Source: Bifidobacterium breve
GTDB taxonomy: Bacteria > Actinomycetota > Actinomycetes > Nanopelagicales > Nanopelagicaceae
Length of the DNA stretch: 64,000 bases
Assembly (NCBI GenBank): GCA_945863115.1
Contig: CAMAYZ010000004.1
Location: 30,171-94,170 of the forward strand
Reading direction: 5' to 3'
Positions 21,153 through 28,499 of this stretch are shown here, piece by piece. A model generated the notes under the pieces. That model was not told the DNA's origin. It did not search any database and was given only the letters and a program-made list of their open reading frames with translations. Made by a program: the position numbers and the translations under genes. Position 1 is the stretch's first letter; every line of letters starts with the position of its first letter.

Positions 21153-21388
21153 AGTTTAGAGATAGCAAATCTAAATCGCTCTGGGTCAACTCTAAAGAAG
21201 TCATGCGGTTGGCCATTAATTAATATTACGGGAACTTGTTCGCCATACTTTTCTTCAAGTTCTGGTTTTCCATCAATCAATATTTTTGTTATTTGAAAAT
21301 CTAGTTCGTTACGAATTTCCTCTAAAACGGCTAGGGCAACTTCACATAGGTGGCAATTGCTCCGCGAATAAATGCTGACTTCAATCAT
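21149..21388 (-). CDS. glutaredoxin-like small redox protein
   Basis: 79 aa, thioredoxin fold with CHLC active site near the N-terminus and a VPV...G motif. Confidence 0.7.
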   Translation of the reverse strand: MIEVSIYSRSNCHLCEVALAVLEEIRNELDFQITKILIDGKPELEEKYGEQVPVILINGQPHDFFRVDPERFRFAISKL

Positions 21389-21394
21389 TTATAG

Positions 21395-21400
21395 ATTCTA
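21395..21400 (-). promoter_or_regulatory. candidate -10 hexamer TAGAAT, 6 nt upstream of ATG 21388 (glutaredoxin-like gene)
   Basis: TANNNT at -12..-7. No SD. Confidence 0.45.
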
Positions 21401-21476
21401 GAACTACTGTGAGACTTCTGTGCCAATTGTCAGCCTTTTTGAGAGGTAGCGGGTGGTATCCAAAGCGCGCGACTGC

Positions 21477-21482
21477 TAGCGT
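21477..21482 (+). promoter_or_regulatory. candidate -10 hexamer TAGCGT, 7 nt upstream of ATG 21490 (secreted 790-aa protein)
   Basis: TANNNT at -13..-8. Supports ATG 21490, which gives a signal peptide, as the true start. Confidence 0.4.
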
Positions 21483-21489
21483 TTTGCCC

Positions 21490-23862
21490 ATGCGTTCCAG
21501 ATACCTTCTATTAATTGCTGCACTATTTGGCAGCGTTTTAGTTGCTCCGGCTTATGCGCTACCAAGCACCGTCAAATCTGTTGACGCACCTTGGGTTTAT
21601 TTTTATGCTGACAGTTCTACGGCGAAGCAAATTGCTAAAGAGCCGATTCCTAGAACTTATTCGGTCGATAAGGCGCTACTCAAAAGTTCTTTCAAAGTGG
21701 ACTTTACAAATACCCCAGGAATTTACCAGCCAGCAATCAATGCAGCGGTTGATGTCTGGTCTCAGAATTTTACCTCTCAGGTTCCTGTAAAGATTAAAGT
21801 TCTTTGGGAGCGCCAATCAAATTCTGGAACCCTGGCTTCAGCAGCGCCCGGAAAATTTCACACTAATTTTAAGAATATTCCTGATGGAGATCTTTGGTAC
21901 GCCTCTGCACTTGCAGATTCACTTGCTGGTGAAGATATTGAACCCACAATTCCAGAAATTACAATCAGGATAAATTCAACAAATGGTCCGATGCTCTATC
22001 TTGGAACTGATGGAAAATGTCCAAGCAATAAATATGATTTAGTCTCAATGATTTTGCATGAAATGGGACATGGCCTTGGCTTCTTATCCAATGCCGATTA
22101 TGACGAACTTTACGGCTACGGAAGTATTCAACAACCAACTCCATTTGATGCATATGCCCAACTTCCGGATGGGCGTCGCCTAATGGATCTTGATTCACCT
22201 TCTATTGAATTAGGTCAAGCATTAACAGAGCCGCTTGTCTGGTCAGGAGCTAATGCGATTCGTGCAAATAATGGAGTTAAGCCACTTCTATATACGCCCT
22301 CACCATATGAAGGCGGTTCATCGTTAAGCCATTTGGATGAAACTACTTTTGCAAATAGCCCGCGCGATGCTGTTATGACACCAAATCTAAAATTCGGTGA
22401 GGTCTTCCATTTACCAGGACCACTTCTAATTGCCATGTTTGAAGATTTAATGGCGAAACCACCCGTCGGTATTCCCTTTGGAATTCCAACAGTGCCTAGA
22501 AATGTGAAGGCTCTAGTAGGCGATAACTCAGCAATTGTGAGCTTTGATCCACCGATTAATCAGCGGACGGCACAAATTAGTTCTTACATAATTAAAGTTA
22601 ATCAAACAGGTGTTGAAAAAACTGTGACATCAAGCCCAGCCACAATAACTGGTTTAACTAATGGATCGGCTTACTCCTTTACGGTCAGGGCCAAAAATGC
22701 GGTTGGTATTTCAATTGAAGCAACAACAAATCCCGTAATTCCCCAAGCTCCTTGGCGCAAGAGTTACCTAGATTCAACGGCAGATGGCAAATATTTAGCA
22801 ACAGCAACCTATGCAGGTAAAACTGTGGTTGCCTATTCAGATACTCAACGTGGAACCCTAAAACTTGCAACCTGGAGCGGTAAGAAGTGGCTAATTAAAA
22901 CTGTTGACGGCGATGGAACAGCTGGTGGCAAAACAAATAACAGTGTGGCCGGAAGTATTTCAATCTGTACAAATAAAGTTGGAAAGACTGAATACCTAAA
23001 TCTATATTACGGAGATTTAACAAATAAGGATTTACGTAGGGCCTCATATAATGGCAATAAGTGGAGCTTTGAAGTCATTGATGGCAATGGACCCGTAATT
23101 CAGAACTATAAAGAGAGCGCCAGAGTGCGCACCGCAAGTGATGTAAGCGTTTCAAATGCTTGCGCTATTACTACTGCCGGAGAACAAGTTTTTTATCGCG
23201 ATGAAAGCCAAGGAATTTTACTTGGAGCGGTTCGAGATGGAAAAGATTGGCGCTATGAAATTATTGATGGCGATTCGGAGTTAAGAAATCGAACTATGGG
23301 GGATGTTGCCTTTCATCTGAAGGCGATAACTGTGGGCAAGCTTGTCAATGTTTATTATGATTCAGTTTTATCGGTAAGCAATGCTGACAAGAGTGCACAG
23401 CGCGGAGAGATCCGAATCGCAACTCGCGAAAGCGCATTTGCAGAGGATTGGAATTATCAAAGCGTGCAGCAAGGCAGTGGGAATGCGGTTGTTGCCGGAT
23501 ATGACCTAGCTGCAACCCAAATTTCTAAAGTTATTTATCTGGGGTGGCTAGGGGCATCTGGAATCTCGCTTCCGAAACCAGATCAAATTCAATGGAGCAA
23601 AACTAATCCTTCTGCGCCTCCAGCTACTTCAAAAACAGATTATTTTGGAACTCCTAGCGGACCTATTGCGGTTGATAACACGGCAATGATCTTTGGCTGT
23701 CAGGATCGACTCTGCGCTTATAACAAAACTGATCAGACGATAAATTTGATTTCAAGTTCAAGTACTAAAGATGCAAAATCTGCGACGTGGATTACCATAA
23801 ATAAAGTTAAGTTCGCGCTGGTTGCAAGTGCCGGAAAATTAACGCTCTTTAGAAAGCCTTGA
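21490..23862 (+). CDS. secreted multidomain protein: HExxH metalloprotease-like domain + fibronectin type III + repeat (beta-propeller-like) domain
   Basis: ATG 21490 yields a signal peptide (MRSRYLLLIAALFGSVLVAPAYA). HEMGH lies at 22057-22071. An FN3-like segment spans about 22492-22745 (PRNVKALVGDNSAIVSFDPP...GSAYSFTVRAKNAVG). It is followed by at least 4 degenerate repeats of the type xVxYxDxxxGxLxxAxxxGxxWxxExIDGDG. Confidence 0.7.
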   Translation: MRSRYLLLIAALFGSVLVAPAYALPSTVKSVDAPWVYFYADSSTAKQIAKEPIPRTYSVDKALLKSSFKVDFTNTPGIYQPAINAAVDVWSQNFTSQVPVKIKVLWERQSNSGTLASAAPGKFHTNFKNIPDGDLWYASALADSLAGEDIEPTIPEITIRINSTNGPMLYLGTDGKCPSNKYDLVSMILHEMGHGLGFLSNADYDELYGYGSIQQPTPFDAYAQLPDGRRLMDLDSPSIELGQALTEPLVWSGANAIRANNGVKPLLYTPSPYEGGSSLSHLDETTFANSPRDAVMTPNLKFGEVFHLPGPLLIAMFEDLMAKPPVGIPFGIPTVPRNVKALVGDNSAIVSFDPPINQRTAQISSYIIKVNQTGVEKTVTSSPATITGLTNGSAYSFTVRAKNAVGISIEATTNPVIPQAPWRKSYLDSTADGKYLATATYAGKTVVAYSDTQRGTLKLATWSGKKWLIKTVDGDGTAGGKTNNSVAGSISICTNKVGKTEYLNLYYGDLTNKDLRRASYNGNKWSFEVIDGNGPVIQNYKESARVRTASDVSVSNACAITTAGEQVFYRDESQGILLGAVRDGKDWRYEIIDGDSELRNRTMGDVAFHLKAITVGKLVNVYYDSVLSVSNADKSAQRGEIRIATRESAFAEDWNYQSVQQGSGNAVVAGYDLAATQISKVIYLGWLGASGISLPKPDQIQWSKTNPSAPPATSKTDYFGTPSGPIAVDNTAMIFGCQDRLCAYNKTDQTINLISSSSTKDAKSATWITINKVKFALVASAGKLTLFRKP

Positions 23863-23863
23863 T

Positions 23864-24826
23864 TCAAGCCATATTAGATAGTAAGTGAATTTGATTATCA
23901 GAATTCACTTCAACTAAAACTACGGCCCCAATTCCAGATTGCCATAAAACTTTTTTTACTTTGCCAGGCAGAGAGTTTGCGGCTAGCGCCTTACCTTTAC
24001 TCGTATATTTAACAATTACCGGTGTTGGTTTCTTTGCGCGCCAACTTGGAATATCAATAATCGTTGTTTTAGATATAAAGCTTGTTATCTTGTTTGCTCC
24101 AGCTTTTATTGTCTCAATTGCCGGAGGTTTTGGTGTTATGACTTTGCCAAGCTTTAATCCAGAAAAAACTCCAGTTCTATCTGCAGAAATTGTAAATTGT
24201 TGCGTTACAAGTTCCTGACTTAAGTTTCCGGTTATTTTCAAGCTAGTTCCGCTAATCGCGATAGCAGTCGGTGCAATTAGTCCATTTGCATCGTAGAAAA
24301 AAGTTTGCGAAAGCGCACCATTCGTAGCGATCTTCCAGAGAACTAATCTGGTTAAAGTATTTTTGGGATTGGTGGCACCTTCAACAGTAATTGAATCCAA
24401 ATTAACTGCAGAACTATCTATAACTGCTGTAGCTGAATCTAGAGGCTTAGATGTTGCACCAACAACCCAGAAAAATCCTTCACGGTCGCTAGTTATTGCA
24501 GTAGCAATATCGTCATTTGCACTGCCGAGTCGTAGATTCCAAATTAGTTTTTTGTTCTTATCTAAATTTGCGATAAATCCATCGCTACCGCCCAGAGTCG
24601 GCGTAGTGACTAAGTCTGCTAGACCAGCTTCTACTGTTCCAATCACTGCGATTGAAGTTGGGTTGAGTGCGAAATCTGAAATCTGATCCCCTGACCCAGC
24701 TGGCGAGATTGCAGTGATTGCAGGCTTTGATGGCAGAACTTTTACTGCGGCTGAAGCTGCCGGCGAAATGAGCGAGAACGAAACAACTAAGGTAAAAACC
24801 CAGAACTTTGAAGAAGTTTTATGCAA
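23864..24826 (-). CDS. secreted protein with SBBP-like beta-propeller repeats
   Basis: Signal peptide (FTLVVSFSLISPAASAA). Repeat segments such as GGSDGFIANLDKNKKLIWNLRLGSANDDIATAITSDREGFFWVVGAT resemble SBBP repeats. Start overlaps the proC stop by 8 nt. Confidence 0.6.
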   Translation of the reverse strand: MHKTSSKFWVFTLVVSFSLISPAASAAVKVLPSKPAITAISPAGSGDQISDFALNPTSIAVIGTVEAGLADLVTTPTLGGSDGFIANLDKNKKLIWNLRLGSANDDIATAITSDREGFFWVVGATSKPLDSATAVIDSSAVNLDSITVEGATNPKNTLTRLVLWKIATNGALSQTFFYDANGLIAPTAIAISGTSLKITGNLSQELVTQQFTISADRTGVFSGLKLGKVITPKPPAIETIKAGANKITSFISKTTIIDIPSWRAKKPTPVIVKYTSKGKALAANSLPGKVKKVLWQSGIGAVVLVEVNSDNQIHLLSNMA

Positions 24827-25643
24827 GTTCTTGTGACCGATCCCGTGCAGCGGTCATAGCTTTTGCAACTATGTCACCAAGATTAGCTTCGCTAAATACT
24901 TTCAACGCTGCAGCAGTGGTTCCATTTGGGCTCGTTACATTCTCGCGCAACGTTGTGGCGTTTTTCCCTGATTGTTCTAGCATCGCAGCTGAACCAACCA
25001 TGGTCTGAATTGCAAGAGTTGTTGCTTGATCACTTGATAACCCGAGTGAAATTCCGGATTTAATCATCTCTTCGACAAATGCAAAGAAGTAGGCCGGCCC
25101 AGATCCACTGAGTGCTGTAACCGCATCTTGTAGATTCTCTTCAACAGAAATAACTTTTCCGCAGGTAGCGAGAAATTCAGATATAAATTTAGCTTGCTCT
25201 GGATTTACGCTTTTACCTAGTGAAATTGCTGCCATGCCAAGGCCAATCAAAGTTGGCGTATTTGGCATAACTCGAATAACCGAGATATCTGGCCCAACTA
25301 TTTCGCTGATGAAATCTGTAGTTTTGCCAGCAGCAAATGAAACTAAAGTGGCGTTCTTATTGAGGTTTCCATTGATTGAAGCCAACAGTTGCGCTAAATC
25401 CTGGGGCTTAACTACTAACAAAACAACATCGCTGGTCTTTGCCAATTCAGTTAGATCTACTTCCCTGGCACCATATTTACTTGAGATTTCACGAGCTCTT
25501 TCAGTGCGTTTCTCAGTAAAGACTATTTGGGCCTTAGGAAATCTTGAAGAGATTAGACCGGAAATAAGCGCTTCTCCCATTACTCCAACACCAATTAATC
25601 CAACTTGGTATTTGGATTTAGCGAACGAAGATTGTTCTGACAT
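24819..25643 (-). CDS. proC: pyrroline-5-carboxylate reductase
   Basis: 274 aa with an NAD(P)-binding GLIGVGVMGEAL N-terminus and a ProC C-terminal signature (VTSPNGTTAAAL). Confidence 0.92.
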   Translation of the reverse strand: MSEQSSFAKSKYQVGLIGVGVMGEALISGLISSRFPKAQIVFTEKRTERAREISSKYGAREVDLTELAKTSDVVLLVVKPQDLAQLLASINGNLNKNATLVSFAAGKTTDFISEIVGPDISVIRVMPNTPTLIGLGMAAISLGKSVNPEQAKFISEFLATCGKVISVEENLQDAVTALSGSGPAYFFAFVEEMIKSGISLGLSSDQATTLAIQTMVGSAAMLEQSGKNATTLRENVTSPNGTTAAALKVFSEANLGDIVAKAMTAARDRSQELA

Positions 25644-25649
25644 AAGAGA

Positions 25650-25655
25650 AGCCTA
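25650..25655 (-). promoter_or_regulatory. candidate -10 hexamer TAGGCT, 6 nt upstream of ATG 25643 (proC)
   Basis: TANNNT at -12..-7. No SD. Confidence 0.45.
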
Positions 25656-25718
25656 CCTAAAGCCACCTTCTCCCGGCTTAACCAGATGTGCTTATTTAAC
25701 GAATAAGCCTTAGGCTCT

Positions 25719-26543
25719 GTGACTATGCCCGAGGTAAAACCAAATTTCGCACGTGACTGGGTCGAGTTCAATGATCCTGCAAAGCCAGAAGAGCTTTATA
25801 AGTGTGATCTAACTTGGCTCACTTCTTACTGGACATGTATTTATGGCTCAGGTTGCTGTGGAATTGATGCAGATAAACCAGATGCTGGTTGCTGTTCTGA
25901 TGGCGCTTACTATTCTGATGAAGATGATGAGAAAAGAACTCTTGAAGTCGCAAAGCGTTTAACTCGCGATATGTGGCAATACTTTGATGAGGCTCAACCT
26001 AAAAAAGCAAAAGGCAAGATGCAAATCTCTGAAGTGGGTCTAGATAAAGATCGTAAAACTAAGAAGATAGATGATTCATGCATATTTTTAAATCGCAAAG
26101 GTTATACCGCACCTGGCTTTACCGGTGATTTTGGTTGCGTTCTGCACCATCTCGCCCAGAAAGAAGATATTCATTTTGTTGAAACTAAACCAGACGTTTG
26201 TTGGCAACTTCCTATTCGTAGAAGTTTTGAACAACGCGAATTTGGCGAACAAGAAATTACGGTAAATGTAATTGGTGAATACGAACGACTTGCCTGGGGC
26301 GATGGCGGCGCTGAATTTGATTGGTATTGCACTAGCAACACTGAAGCCCACGTTGGTCGCGAGCCGGTTTATCTCTCAAATAAAGTAGAACTCACCGCAC
26401 TAATGGGCGAACCTGCATATGCAGTTCTCAAAATGCATTGTGATAATCGAATTGAAGCAATTGCAGCAGCGCGAAAAGAGCAGAAGAAGCGTGAACTACC
26501 GCTATTTGTTATTCATCCAGCAACGCTTGCAGCGGGAAAATAA
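25719..26543 (+). CDS. conserved cysteine-rich protein (possible Zn/Fe-chelating YkgJ/UPF0153-like fold)
   Basis: 274 aa. Cys clusters C-x11-C-x5-CC-x11-CC, then SCIFLN...GCVLHH...KPDVCWQLP, reminiscent of CxxCxxCC-family proteins. Start is GTG 25719 or ATG 25725. Confidence 0.6.
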   Translation: MTMPEVKPNFARDWVEFNDPAKPEELYKCDLTWLTSYWTCIYGSGCCGIDADKPDAGCCSDGAYYSDEDDEKRTLEVAKRLTRDMWQYFDEAQPKKAKGKMQISEVGLDKDRKTKKIDDSCIFLNRKGYTAPGFTGDFGCVLHHLAQKEDIHFVETKPDVCWQLPIRRSFEQREFGEQEITVNVIGEYERLAWGDGGAEFDWYCTSNTEAHVGREPVYLSNKVELTALMGEPAYAVLKMHCDNRIEAIAAARKEQKKRELPLFVIHPATLAAGK

Positions 26544-26544
26544 C

Positions 26545-27498
26545 TTAATTTAAAGCTTTTCGATCGATTTTAGACGTTACCAACATATGCGGGACCGTAA
26601 GCGCCCAAACTACAACAAGTAAATACCAGAGATAACTCGCATCAATATTGGTTGAATCCAAGAGTGCAATTACTAGAGCTACAACTACAGTTCCAAAAAG
26701 TGCAGGTAAGCCGGGAATGACAGCTGCAATGAATGACCTCCTCGGATTATCTTCCGCTGCCGCACGCTTTGCCTTAGGCAAAATTAAAGTCAATCTTGCG
26801 GTATGACGCATCGCATGCCAGCAGCCAAAATAAACTGCGAATGCGACTAAAGGTGGGGCAATGAGAGCGAGCGTTGCAAGAACTATTAAATCTAAAACTT
26901 CCCGTAGGCGCTTTTCGGTTATCAGTAACACCAAAGTCGCAGCGAAGAAGAGCGCCACTAAGAATTTAAGTTGTGGTGCAACATCTGAGGCCCAGTCAAT
27001 TAATAGTGGATTTATCTCTCGTAGCGCACTTGCTGTTGATTCTTTGAGAAGTGGAATTAGGACCGGTATTACTCCGGAGGAAATTGCAAACATATTCTGA
27101 GTCTTTAGTTTCATTCGGCGACGACCAGTTAGTCGGTCCTGTTCGGCAATAAATGAAGCTTCGCCGAAGCCGAAATGGAAGGCACTCATCGCTAAAACTA
27201 ATTGAAATCCTAATTTGTTCCAGTGCAAGATTGCCAGAACTGCAAGTATTGCAATGGCGACATAACCAGCAATAAGGATTGCTAACTTTGGCTTGGAAGT
27301 TGCTGGTAGCGCTACGAGATGATCTACCGCTCCGTGTGGAATACCGATCGCTAACGCAAAAACAGCCAAACCAACCTGCCAACCTAAATTCTCGTCAAAA
27401 TTAAATAAGGTAAATAGCCCTGAAACAACGATTGCGGAAATTGCGGCAATGGTCGAGAAGTTGCGAACTGAGTTAAAAACCCGCTTTGCACCATTCAC
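26545..27498 (-). CDS. blh: Brp/Blh-family beta-carotene 15,15'-dioxygenase
   Basis: 317-aa polytopic protein with the conserved His ligand regions GIPHGAVDH, FHFGFGE and CWHAMRH. Adjacent to lycopene cyclase and rhodopsin genes. Confidence 0.85.
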   Translation of the reverse strand: MNGAKRVFNSVRNFSTIAAISAIVVSGLFTLFNFDENLGWQVGLAVFALAIGIPHGAVDHLVALPATSKPKLAILIAGYVAIAILAVLAILHWNKLGFQLVLAMSAFHFGFGEASFIAEQDRLTGRRRMKLKTQNMFAISSGVIPVLIPLLKESTASALREINPLLIDWASDVAPQLKFLVALFFAATLVLLITEKRLREVLDLIVLATLALIAPPLVAFAVYFGCWHAMRHTARLTLILPKAKRAAAEDNPRRSFIAAVIPGLPALFGTVVVALVIALLDSTNIDASYLWYLLVVVWALTVPHMLVTSKIDRKALN

Positions 27499-27504
27499 AG
27501 GTCT

Positions 27505-27510
27505 AGTATA
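27505..27510 (-). promoter_or_regulatory. candidate -10 hexamer TATACT, 6 nt upstream of GTG 27498 (blh)
   Basis: TANNNT at -12..-7. Overlaps by 5 nt a plus-strand TAGTAT (27504-27509) that could serve crtYc. Confidence 0.4.
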
Positions 27511-27543
27511 TGAACCACCTTAAGCAGTATTGGGAGAATTACT

Positions 27544-27879
27544 GTGTTGAAATTTGGGTATGTAGCAATGCTTACTTTCACCGTTGTTGGTTCATTCTGG
27601 CTTGAATTGATTCTAAAGATAAGAGTCTTAAAGCGGATTAAACGAGCGCTGATGAGCATTATTCCGGTTGCGATTCTATTTCTTATCTGGGATGCATATG
27701 CAGTTGCCAGCGGGCATTGGAAATTTGATCCAGAGCAGATACTCGGAATTTACGGACCATTTTCGATTCCACTTGAGGAGTATCTCTTCTTCATTATTGT
27801 TCCGATGGCCGCAATTATGACTATCGAAGGTGTTCGCAGCGTTAAGAAGCACTGGCCAGTTGGAGATGAAAAGCGATGA
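27544..27879 (+). CDS. crtYc: lycopene cyclase domain protein, heterodimeric subunit
   Basis: 111-aa three-helix protein with the PxE(E/D) motif (IPLEEYLFF). SD GGGAGA 6 nt upstream of GTG. 4-nt overlap with crtYd. Confidence 0.8.
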   Translation: MLKFGYVAMLTFTVVGSFWLELILKIRVLKRIKRALMSIIPVAILFLIWDAYAVASGHWKFDPEQILGIYGPFSIPLEEYLFFIIVPMAAIMTIEGVRSVKKHWPVGDEKR

Positions 27880-28184
27880 TCTATAGCGATATTGCAATTG
27901 TTGGCGTGATCTTTGCAGTTTTCTTCGACCTTTATGGTGTTAAAACTACGCTGCTTTCAAAATCCGTTTTCTGGACTTCATATGCAATTATTGTGCCGTT
28001 CCAATTGATAACTAATTGGTGGCTAACTTCGCGAGGAATAGTTACTTATAACCCCGATGCAATTATCGGAACACGTATTGCTGGTGCACCCATCGAAGAT
28101 CTGCTCTTTGGTTTTGCCCTAGTTCTATCGACTATGAGCCTCTGGGTTTACTGGGGTCGTAAGGGTATTCAACCTAAGAATTAA
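27876..28184 (+). CDS. crtYd: lycopene cyclase domain protein, heterodimeric subunit
   Basis: 102-aa three-helix protein with the PxE(E/D) motif (APIEDLLFGF). Translationally coupled to crtYc. Confidence 0.8.
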   Translation: MIYSDIAIVGVIFAVFFDLYGVKTTLLSKSVFWTSYAIIVPFQLITNWWLTSRGIVTYNPDAIIGTRIAGAPIEDLLFGFALVLSTMSLWVYWGRKGIQPKN

Positions 28185-28417
28185 TTAACTGCAGCAAAGA
28201 GAATTGCAGCAAGGCCAATTACTATTGAAATTTTCTGCGCTGTTTTGGTATGAAGCATTTCAGCAGTTTTTGGAATGAAGCTGAGAATTAAAATGAGTGC
28301 ACCTGGCGCAAGAATTATGAGGCTATTTCTTACAACCCCTGGTTCACCAGTCTGATAACGCAAATTCAATAAACCAATAGCGACCAATAAATAGCCGCCT
28401 AAACGATAATTTGTCAT
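28181..28417 (-). CDS. small hydrophobic membrane protein, unknown function
   Basis: 78-aa ORF with three hydrophobic segments and its own SD (GAGGAAGG) upstream of ATG 28417. Lies between the rhodopsin terminator and the crtYd stop. No family recognised. Confidence 0.5.
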   Translation of the reverse strand: MTNYRLGGYLLVAIGLLNLRYQTGEPGVVRNSLIILAPGALILILSFIPKTAEMLHTKTAQKISIVIGLAAILFAAVN

Positions 28418-28441
28418 AGCTAAGGATAACCCTTCCTCAAT

Positions 28442-28480
28442 AAAAAATTTGGGGGCACCATTTCTGGCGCCCCCAAATTT
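28442..28480 (-). terminator. intrinsic terminator downstream of the rhodopsin gene
   Basis: On the minus strand: AAATTTGGGGGCGCCA-GAAA-TGGTGCCCCCAAATTT followed by TTTATT. A GC-rich 10-bp core stem with flanking A/T tracts, 20 nt after the rhodopsin stop. Confidence 0.6.
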
Positions 28481-28499
28481 ACTTAATCTTTAGATCAGA

